NCBI RefSeq assembly: GCF_002113885.1
Contig: NW_018404512.1
Location: forward strand, 799,782 to 863,781
From: Mizuhopecten yessoensis
Lineage: Eukaryota
Length of the DNA stretch: 64,000 bases
Direction of reading: 5' to 3'
In this document: piece after piece, positions 1 to 10,868 of the stretch
Layout: each line of letters begins with the position of its first letter
Position numbering within the stretch: position 1 is the first letter of the stretch
Made by a program: the position numbers and the translations under genes
The notes under the pieces: generated by a model
What the model was told of the DNA's origin: nothing
Database searches by the model: none
The model's input: only the letters and a program-made list of their open reading frames with translations

Positions 1-390
1 ATACAAATTAATTATACCAGGGTTTCGCTGTCATTCATACAAATTAACTATACCAGGGTTTCGCTGTCATTCATACAAATTAACTATACCAGGGTTTCGC
101 TATCACATCTACAAATTAACTCTACCGGGAGTTCGTTATTATCTATACGGAGTGACCAATCACTGATTTAGTCAACACATCTGCAAAGCAATCAATAACC
201 AGGATTACTAATTATATATCTAATTAATCGTACTCAGGATAAGTGATTAGTTCACTAATTGACCGTACTCAAGATAAGTTGTTATTTCACTAATTGACCA
301 TACTCAGGTTTAGTTACTGTTTTACTAATTGACCATACTCAGGTTTAGTTATTTATTCACTAATTGACCGTACTCAGGATTAGTTCAAAT
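1..390. repeat. Intronic minisatellite (36-bp units at 1-150, related 35-bp units at ~215-390)
   Basis: ATACAAATTAACTATACCAGGGTTTCGCTGTCATTC recurs at 1, 37, 73 and ~109; CTAATTGACC recurs at 255, 290, 325 and 360. Confidence 0.85.
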
Positions 391-699
391 CATGAGTACG
401 TTTCGGATAGATTATCGGGTTAATATTTAATACAATTTGTTTGCTTCATCCTCATTGATTTAAGCAAACTCATGTGGAGGTCGAAGACTATGTATTTTAA
501 GGAACAGCAGCTAAATCTTTATGACGTCACTTAGTTTAAACGTCACAATCCTCGTACTGTTCTTCTGACAATTTTTGTTGTTTCAATTGTATTTAATGAT
601 AAAAGAATAGCATTATTTCATATTTAGTATAACAATTGCAGACTTTTTACTTCGGTGAATATTTGGTTTTATTGACACGAAAAGCCGGATGTTGAAGTC

Positions 700-1405
700 G
701 ATGTTGTGTGGCTAATATTTTGATATTTTTCACTCGTGCTGCCCACTTGTGAAAAATATCAAAATATTAGCCACACTCGTGAAATATAATTGTTATAACT
801 GAAGACACCATTGAATATCCTCTATTTATTACATTTTTGGCAGTGAAATATCGGATTCTATCAACTTGATAAAACTGATATCTTTCACACTGTGACAAAT
901 ATCACTTTTTGGTATTGACCAATCATAACGGTATCTTCTATTCGCTGCATTTAAAGGCAACGATTTTTTGTTCAGATTCAAATGAAGCGACGGTAGAATA
1001 AGAGGTTGTTATTGTAAATGTTAGGTACACACACTTAAGTATTTACATAAATATACAATTATTAACATTTTTATAAGCAATCATAACAGAAAATAGCATT
1101 CAAAATGGCGCGCAGCCTTGTTGTCATGCGTGACGTCATTATAATATGGCGCTTATTATTACGCCTCTGATTCCCGCACTTTTTTTAATGCATTACATTT
1201 TTCATGTTTTATGGTTTAAAAATGTAATAAATCGAAAATGTAATGGTGTCTTCAGTAATAACAAATATATTTCACTCATATGGCTAATATTTTGATTTTT
1301 TTCACTCGTGCTGCGCACTCGTGTAAAAATATCAAGATATTAGCCTCACTCGTGAAATATGTTTGTTTTTACTGCATGAGGACACCATTAAATATCCTCT
1401 ATATA
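700..1405. mobile_element. Non-autonomous palindromic repeat element (two direct copies of a long hairpin module; Crypton-like, family tentative)
   Basis: Perfect 28-bp inverted arms at 706-733 and 749-776. A second, longer imperfect hairpin at 1242-1390 has the same core (TTCACTCGTGCTGC.CACT.GTG) and the same tail (ATATCCTCTAT). No ORF. Confidence 0.6.
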
Positions 1406-1739
1406 TCCACTTTAACAAAATCCCATGATTAACATACATGTATATACATTACCTAAACAAATCGCCCTTTTATCGGGTAATTGTCCAACTTTAAAGAAGG
1501 CTAGTATTGCCGTCTGAAAAACTACTCGCTTATGTTAACATTATTTTGATTGTGTGTTGAATGTTGTATTACATATCGATTGTAAATGTATGACAGGGTA
1601 TATGTTCATATTTACAATAGCACATTTACTGGGTAGATGTTTCTCTTTATTTACATAATAAACCTAAAACTATTTGTTTTGAAACCTACACGCAACTACA
1701 TTTCAATGAAACTGTTTGAGCTGATGCTATTTTTAAATA

Positions 1740-2115
1740 AGAAAAAGATCAATTGATTTCCGCTACAAATTAATCGATAAACGTGTGTTTTTATATCGCT
1801 TATGTAGGTTATAGCCACGTGCACACGAATCGTTCATAGCCCGAGTGCGTTTTACTTATCAAATCGACCGGTCAGTGGATTGCAACCTGACCGATGAACG
1901 GGTCGATCTACATGTTTGAAAAATGTCATTAGCTTTTAAAATCAATCGATAACAGGTTGATTCATTACTTCCACAAATCAACTGATAACTTGGTTAAATA
2001 TTACCTCCAATAATCGATCGATAACCGGGTTAATTGATTACATCTGCAAATAAACGATTGGGTCAAGGAATTACCTCTGCAAAACGACCTATGACCAGGG
2101 CTGAGCTATTACATG
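1740..2115. repeat. Degenerate ~36-bp minisatellite related to the array at 1-390
   Basis: Recurring ACAAAT(T/C)AA..GATAAC..GGTT...ATTAC-type units with many substitutions. Confidence 0.45.
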
Positions 2116-2386
2116 TAAAGTTTCAAACATGACTGATGAAGACGTTTTTTGTTATTGCTTAAATAATACAGTGTATAAATCCAACAAACAAACTCGGTGA
2201 AGGGTAACATTGTCCTGTACGGAGTATTAAACGCAGCTAGTTATAATAATACTGAGACCGTCTGACACAAATACATGTACTATAAGCAAATACTTAACGG
2301 ATGCAACAGTACATTTCTAGACAAGGTTTGAGATTTAATTTACATTACGGTGTGTTCCTATTCAGTAAAGCCTATTTGTTTGACAG

Positions 2387-5300
2387 GCCCATCGATTGGA
2401 AATGTACGGTGCCCGATACGTGTGGCTGATAATAGGCGACTTTGTAGAAAAATGGTGGACAATGGCTAACGATACAGACTGTTCACAGGAGGATCTACGT
2501 TCTGTCGCGGAAGGATACTTTACAGTGGCCAGTTTCAATACATTTAATTATGGAAAGGGAATGTCTGTAGCAAATATTGTGAGTTGTCCCCCAATTTGAA
2601 AGATATTTAAGAGATATAAACAGTCAGAATATTATGTATCAGTCTTCATTGTGTTTCACTCCTTGATTTGATTAACATCATGCCGAAATACTTTGTAAGA
2701 TATGTTAAAAAATATTTATTTAATTAAGTTGTAACAAAACAAAAAATACGCGTATCGATCGAAATTTCGACAACCTTAAGGGCAACATTGATTACAATCT
2801 GAATCGCTAACCAAACAAGTCTTAATACGATATACTTAATGTTTAATATGATAATTTTCAGACCTTTGATGATTTTCAAAGAGACTATCTGTCGTTGAAT
2901 GGCACTACGCCAATGAGTCCCTATGCAACAAGCGCCTATGATACGGTGTGGACAGTGGCCTTGACCCTCCGAAAACTTTTAAGGAAATCGAACCACTTGC
3001 TGGATACTGTGCCTTATGGCGATGCCGGCGACATGGTTACCGAAATGATGAGAACAGTCGAGGGACTCACCTTTGATGGTTTATCAGTAAGAACAGTTTT
3101 ATAATGATGTCAGCGAATTTATTAAATGAATACAATATTCTAACAGAGCAAATTCCCTAACACCAATTTCATTTCCATTATCAAAGTTTTCCCCTTTGTT
3201 TTGCAACTGCATATCACAGAGTAATCAATTGTCAACGATTTTGTTCACAAACTAATTAATCACCCAGTACGTATTCTGAACGTTAACAGTACGCAGTCGT
3301 TACATGACAAAGCATTACAGAGTTTGTTTCTGGTCTGTATATCTACAGGGACCTGTTTCATTCCAAGGACCTGACCGAAGGGGACTGGCGGTGGTTAAAC
3401 AAAACCAAGGTAAATAACAGTCCTTATCTAGATTACAAATCAGGGGAGGCTTCGATATCAGATAGACCTACACTGCGTGAAAACCTGTGAGACTGACATT
3501 ATCGCTGATGTGAAATGGCGATGATCTCACTGGAACAATACGGATTCCAATTACTATATTTCAAATGTGATTGAAAAGATGATGCAGTCGTTTTTACCGT
3601 TTAAATGTTATGAAGTATATAAAGTACATCACATATCAAATCTCGTATATTGATTGGATATAGCCACAGGCGGATGGGAGGGAGGCGGGGGGCATCATCA
3701 CTGCTGCACATTTAAACCGCCAGGGTGTGTTTCCCCTTGACCTACTTCTTGTCTGTCGTAAGTAATTTAATCACTGACATATATAATACAAATCGTGTAG
3801 TCAAAATATCTAGCACTGTTTTATGTAATTGTAGTACATTTTTGGTGTTATATGTAGTCCGATGGTATGTAATTTCATGACGTTGTTATAACTATTTTAT
3901 AAAGGTGGGCACATGGTGACTGTTGCCATGTACGAGTTCGACAAGGAAATATTAAACTTCCGGTGCCCTGACTGTGTTGATGTGCACTGGTCAGGTGAGT
4001 TTATTAAATATTGCTAACAGATGTTAATAAAAGTATATATCATCAGATCGAGATGTTGATAAAAGTATATGTCATCAGATCGAGATGTTAATAAAAGTAT
4101 ATGTCATCAGATCGAGAACAAATCTATAATAAGATAAGTGTCAAGCAGTGAACAAATCAAAATAGAAATCAAAATAATGAATATAATTTCTAAAACATTT
4201 CTTTGTTTGAAGTATTGAGAAATTGAGATACAACATAAGAAGAACATACCCAGATATTGTTATGATTAGTGAGTTTCGATGTATATATTACTTTCAGATG
4301 GAAAAGTACCCAAGGACAAAATATTAATCGTCATGCATAGGAAAGTGATAGAAGACAGTGTGTTCTACGTCATCACTTCTTGGTGTGTCGTTGGAATTAT
4401 TGCGGCAACGTGCTTTTTGTGTTTTAACCTCTGTAAACGGAAATCGAGGTAAAATTGTAAATAGAATATATTTTTGTTTTATGAAGTGGAATAAAAGTTA
4501 ATATTTGCTGATATTGGCAATGAAAAAATCTCCTGTAGATTCCTTCACTGTGATTACGGGCACACCTACCGGACGATTGGTCCTACCGTCTTTATTGTGG
4601 TGCTGTGATGCAAGGAATTTAATATTAAATAGATAACATTCCCAAAACACAAATTAACACCATAACACTGATATAGACATAATATATATAAACTGAATAC
4701 ATACAATGAAGACACATCAGAGTAATTCATATACTTTTAGCAAACAAATATGGTAATTATTAACCAGACAAAGCATTAACCATCGAGCAAAATGGTGTAA
4801 TAGTTTGGTATTATTAGTCCATCAGAAAAGTTAATGACTGAACCCCGTTCTTGACATAGATGTCAAAGTGTGATGTTTGAGTGACATGTATGTCATTTTT
4901 TGTTTGATATAATCTTAGTAACGATATTGGAATATCAGTATGTAGCCTATACCAAGTCCTCAGCAACGACCCGTCAGTAGACAACCTTACTATCGATTAC
5001 ACCAAGTTAAATGTCAGATAGACAGCCTTATAGACAATGTAGACTAGTAATTGAGAGGTAATTCAAATAGAGTTCGATCCGAGAACAGGAGACATTATCA
5101 GTTGTGCTCCTCTCCTTACACATGTGATTTATTTCGTTTAGTGTAAGGTGTCAGATATGAATTAGAGGATGGCGAAAATTACATCATGTATTTGTTAACG
5201 GATGCTTTGTTGTAATGATTTGTTGTCAGGTACATAAAATTGTCAAGCCCCACACTAAACAATGTGGCGGTAGGGGGCTGTATCTTGGTGTATGGCGGGG

Positions 5301-8300
5301 TCATGCTTCTGGGATTTGACGACCGTAGAATCAAAGAAGAGCAGTACCCACTCTTTTGTACAGTATGTTATTGTATTTTCGAACAATCGTAATTTCTCAA
5401 CATCCACTTTCTACAACATACAAAACAGAAAGCAATTAAATAAATAGCTTCGCTAGAAGAACATTCATTGCTTATGTCATCTGATACAACCATATAAGCA
5501 ATTGCTATAATATTACCACCTACACAAGTAGTAAAAAAATATCATCATGAATAATGCATGTCCATCGTTAATTAGCCCCTGTCTTACTTGTTTCTCCTGC
5601 AGTAGAAGTACAATATTATATACGTGTTTTTTTTAATTTTCAGACCAGAGCTTTCTTTTTTGCCGCCGGGTTTTCCTTGGCTTTCGGCTCAATGTTCACC
5701 AAAACGTATCGCGTCCATCAAATTTTCACACGAGTGAACAGGGGTCTCATCAAGAACAAGGTAAAACTACGCTTGATGTCTTCAGCACGAGCACCACAAG
5801 ATACGCCAAATATATGTTATTTCATAGTAAACTGACAAAAACTAAAGTGACATAGAAGAGCATTTCACAAAAAATATGTTTTACGGGTGATTGATTCACT
5901 AAACAAGGATGGTCTACGTAAAATAGAAGCGCCATGACATCGATAGTATATTGTCATTGTTTGTATATTTTATATCTTTTACAATTGGGCTTATGCGTTG
6001 CATTGTTTACAATGTTTGTAATTGGTAATATATGCAGGAATAACAAGGTTATCATAAACAGTATAATAATACATTGGTTGTCATTAGAATACGCGTATCA
6101 TTGATGCTCATTGGAAGTATGCATACTATTGTTTCACATAGGAAGTAAGTATTTCATTGTTTCCCAAAAATTCTATCCGTTATAATCACTCTTACTGCTC
6201 CTAGAGAACATACAACTGCATTTTATAATCTATTCTATACTTACAATCGAAGTGGTATACTGCAGTCCTGATAGACATACCACTGTAGTTTTATAATATG
6301 TTCTTTATAAATTATCTGTATTATATGTAACAGCTCCTGAAGGACAAACAACTGTTGTTTATAATCGGTGCTCTACTAGTGATCGACTCTACTATCCTGC
6401 TAGTGTGGGTTTGTGTGGATCCAATGCAAAGACAGATCGCCAACCTGACAGTGGGGGTAAGTAGTCCTGAACCTGACAGTGGGGGTAAGTAGTCCTGAAC
6501 CTGACATTAGGGTACGTGATCGCCAAACTGACAGTAGGGGTAAGTGTTTGTGAATCTGACAGTGGGGTAAATAGTCCTGAACCTGACAGTAGGGGTAAGT
6601 AGTCCTGAACATGACAGTGGGGATAAGTAGTCATGAACCTTTCGTTAACTTGACAATAGGATTAAGTGGCAGTAGGGATAAGTGATTGTGAACCTGACAG
6701 AAGGGGTAAGTGATTGTGAACCTGACAGTAGAGGTAAGTGATCGTGAACCTGACAGTAGGGGTAAGTGCTCGCGAACCTAACAGTAGGGTTATGTGATCG
6801 TGAACCTGACGGTAGGGGAAATCGATGGTGAACCTGACGGTAGGGGTAAGTGATGGTGAACCTGACGTGTAAGGGCGTCCCGGTAGTAGTTCACTTCGAT
6901 GTAGTGCAGGAAACGCTTATCATTCCAAAGTCCTTGGTAACGTCTTCGTGATAAATGAGGGTTCACAGGGCAAATTTCAACGACATTAAACATTTAGAAG
7001 AGTGCCATCTTTGATATTGTAAACAATGATTTTATGATACTTGCTTCAGTTGATAACAGCAAATTATTGCGGACAGATTAAGAATTGATCATGCACAATG
7101 ACAATATATACCGATTAATGTTTCAGCCTTCTGACAACGATATAGATGTCTGGTATATATCCCAGATCTCAACATGTCATTCAAACCACATACAGAAATG
7201 GCTTGGTGCTTTCTACGCTTTCAAAGGACTTCTCCTCGTCTTTGGCGTATACATGGCATGGGAAACGCGCAACGTGAAAATTCCCGTGCTGAATGATTCC
7301 CAGTATATCGGCCTAAACGTTTACAATGTTGTGCTGATGAGCAGTATCGTTGTGGTGCTCTCGAACATCCTCTCAGATCAGCCAACTATGGCCTACATCC
7401 TGGAATCCGCCTTTGTCCTCCTGTCCACCTCCGTGACACTCTGTCTGCTCTTCGTACCTAAGGTAAGGCGAAAACATTCTACATTTACAATGCCCTCGAA
7501 ATCACTACTAATGATACCATATGGTACTTCCGGTAGAATCCACAGCACTCTAAATTGTCACAAATTGGACACACACATTTAATATATATCATATACGGCA
7601 GTATTTGATGGTGGTAATTTTGGGCAGATTCGACATCACGCTTTATCTGTTCCAATGCAATACTGACGTAAAATTGGACTGTTAGCAGAGCACAGTTTCG
7701 TATTCTGTTCATAGCATTCAGATTTGAGTTCTAATGAGGTTGATTATAGATATACCCAAGAAAACCTGGAATGTAATAATTTTGACAATTGTTGCGTCCT
7801 GAAAATACAGCTACAGTAAATATATTAAAAATATTTCTGCGGAGTTATCGTTCTAAAAATGCAACGTTACGACATTGAAAATAACGCTATAAGTAAAGAG
7901 TACATGAGCTTTGTTTTGAATACTTCATAACCCAACTTGATCATACTGTTATGTGTTGTTCTATCTATAGATCTACGCCATATTGACGTGTAAGGGCGAC
8001 CCGGTGGTAGTAGCATCAGGAATAGTTGTGGAGGACAAAACGAGACGTTTCGTGGTGGATGAGAAGAGAGACCTGTATTACAGAGCTGAGGTACAGAACC
8101 GAGTATATAAACGGGAAATCGTGGAGGTACGTGGAGGGGTACTGTAGAGGACAGATATGGTCACTATTTTAAGTGCAGTATAAACACGACGCGCAGCACT
8201 GCTCATCTTACTATGAGTTATCCATGTATGGTCCAATGGTCCAAAATAACCAGCTATACAAGTCTGATAAGAAATAGATTGTCCGTAGAAGCTGTATGTG

Positions 8301-10735
8301 AACTTGATTTGAAATGCTTTAATGGAATAATCCACCGATGAACTAAAAACCTAAAAAATAACGTACGCACATTTAGTCCGTATGTGGTGTGTATATATCT
8401 ACCTAGAATTGGGATTTTTGTTTATAATGTAAGCAATGCTTTGAGCAAAGTAAAAAAAAAAAAAAAATCTGACTACTATCTTTTATGATTTAAGATTGTC
8501 GATAATGTAATTTAGTTTATGGACATTAAGGAACCATGAAAACTAAACTGCACAATCCGCAGAGTCCGTTTTTGCGGAATATTTTCTTTCTCAGAAAATT
8601 CTTCATTCTAAACGTAAATTCACTTTTCACTTTAGTAATTTATTGAACGTTTCCATAATTTTAAAGAGGCAAATACATAAAGTAGTTTCCCCAGGAGAAT
8701 AATGTATATCTGACATTGTATCTCTCTGTATGACAATTGTAACATACATTGTATTGTACAACAGTTGGACCAGGAGATATGTAGACTAGAACGTATGTTG
8801 GAGCTGCCTCTCCAGCCGTTCCCGAAGCTAACGGATGAAATTCTTCATCTGCTGCCGGAATCTCGCGTGGATCCATCACCTGTCATCAGACGCCGCAGAT
8901 TACAGGAACTAGAAAGGTATATGTTGCAACATTCTTATTAGTGTTAATGGTGTATTTTACATACTGATTAATATACATGTTTTTCTATTTACCTAATATT
9001 TTTAAAGATGTTTTCCCCGCTTTTTAGTTTTTCCTAAGCTCTGTTTTTGTTTGTTTTCTAGCTTTCGTTTGCCTTTTCGTATCGAGATTGAATTGGAAGT
9101 TTGTCCTCGTGTGTTGCCCATATCAATATATTTTTTTCTTTCAATTATTAAATTGATAATCAATCCTGAATCGTCATGCATTCTGTATTCGGATATAAAG
9201 TAAACACATAAGCTGGAACAAGAAACAGTCTCGGTAGGACCTATCGCTTCAACATAATGAAATTGGTCTTACTATATAGAATTCAAATAGTTTATCTAAA
9301 TATTTATCGAATGGGGAGTTGATTGGTGTTAGGGAATGCATTGTATTGCTAACTTACATAAGAACCTATATGAGGTTGTTGTTTTGATTGGTCATTATAC
9401 GTTGAATATTTACATACTATATGTAATAACTATGACCTACCAAACAAAACTAACTTAAGTTAAATTGCTTAATAATTGAATGATATGATTTAAAACAAGA
9501 AAGCACGTTATTCCAAATATAATAACCCGTTATACATATATTGGTATATTATAAAACAAGCATAACAAGCTGGAGACATTAGCTTTTAAATTTTAATGTC
9601 AGAAAAAGCCAAATGCGTTTTCAAAACAAATGGAAGAGAAGAGTTAATGTTGAGTTCTTATTTGAATAAAATTATAGATATTAGAAACCATATTAAGACC
9701 GAAATAAATTCTACAAATATTATTGATAAGTGTACTATATTGTATAATGTTTAAGGTGCTGTAGAAAACATATTGTCAAGTCGTACCGACTAATGGTATT
9801 GACTACATATACAAATAAGAAATGAATGTTAAGATATTTACATCGGAAATATTTGTGTCTTTTAAGAAATTGATCATACATTGACTGTTCTTTTGTATAT
9901 TTGCAGATGCAATTCTATATCTGATGGAGGAGAAGTTTGTTTTGGACTTTCTTCTGAAACCTCTGGTGACGATTTTGTATTTCCGGTACAGAACTCGCTT
10001 CATCCAAATTATTCCAAACCCATGAGAAGGATGAGTATTCGGGAGGCAGCATCGGCGACGGCCAAAAAACTTTCGGAATTACGACGAAGTTTAAGTTTTA
10101 GAGCACCGCCCCGAAAAAGGGGTTTCCCAGCTAGGGAAATGTCAAGAGACACGCATGCGTCCAAAAGCGAGTTTTCATTGAGACATTACTTTCAGGATGT
10201 TGATGATGACACTGATGAAGTTTTCTGTAATACAGACATGTCATTGACGAGTAGGAAGTGGAATACAGATTCAACCATTTTTGAACGTTCCTGGGAGTGC
10301 CAAACTACCAGGAAAGCAAGTCGAATGGACGATTCTAGACCAGATAGCAAAAAATATCGACGAAAATCAAATGTGTTTGATCTTCAAGTGAAAATAACTC
10401 CATGCTCTGATGATGAAAGCTCCGTTGAAAATACTGCTTTTTGTGAAAATAAGAAAAGTAATAGCATTAAGGTGTGTAAGTCGAAGGATAAATATCGGGA
10501 AAACAGCATAAAGCCATGCAGATCTACTGGTGATATGAGTTATCTCCCCCTTTGTCGTGTGACTGATGTTGACACTAACAGAGAGGGCAAAACAGTATCA
10601 AAACTTCAAAATATTGAACATTTGATCGCCAGGGAGAGGCGTCGGCGCATAATCAAATTACAAAGTGACCTTGTAAAAATACAGCATGAGCTCAAGGCTC
10701 TCAGCGATTTAGAATATGAAGTATCAGATGTATGA
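2387..10735 (+). CDS. GABA-B-R3: GABA-B receptor (class C GPCR), R3-like subtype; 5'-partial, 12 exons in window
   Basis: GT-AG exons that join in frame: 2387-2578, 2862-3086, 3349-3409, 3905-3994, 4298-4448, 5230-5362, 5644-5760, 6334-6456, 7127-7462, 7971-8126, 8765-8916, 9907-10735 (2565 nt, 854 aa plus stop). Venus-flytrap motifs MYGARYVW, AYDTVWTVAL, FDGLSGPVSF. 7TM motifs YIKLSSPTLNN, GFSLAFGSMFTKTYRVHQIF, YAFKGLLLVFGVYMAWETRNVKIPVLNDS, LFVPK. R3-type tail RRFVVDEKRDLYYRAEVQNRVYKREIVELDQEICRLERML. Confidence 0.93.
4019..4116. repeat. 32-bp tandem repeat, 3 copies (intronic)
   Basis: AGATGTTAATAAAAGTATATGTCATCAGATCG at 4019, 4051 and 4083. Confidence 0.85.
6442..6866 (+). repeat. 28-bp minisatellite (~15 copies) whose unit spans a GABA-B exon/intron junction
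   Basis: Unit AACCTGACAGT(G/A)GGG|GTAAGT(A/G)(G/A)TC(C/G)TG. The first copy supplies the last 5 codons of exon 6334-6456 and its donor. Confidence 0.9.
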
Positions 10736-10781
10736 CAAGGGTTAAAGTTAGGAAGTTATTAAATATATATATATATATATA

Positions 10782-10868
10782 AATAAACAAAGCACTGGGC
10801 ACATACTATTTCTGCACTAATCATGTCATGAATCGTTGTCAGAATTGCATGTAAAATTACTAAATAAA
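10782..10868 (+). promoter_or_regulatory. Candidate polyadenylation signals of the GABA-B gene
   Basis: AATAAA at 10782-10787 and 10863-10868, shortly after the stop at 10735, followed by T-rich sequence. The AT-rich background makes this weak. Confidence 0.3.

Noticed and set aside
6392-6634. Minus-strand ORFs with TTYPHCQVQDY repeats; CRISPR-like appearance of the array
   Set aside because: Translations of the 28-bp minisatellite. The units are contiguous with no unique spacers, and the DNA is eukaryotic with no cas genes.
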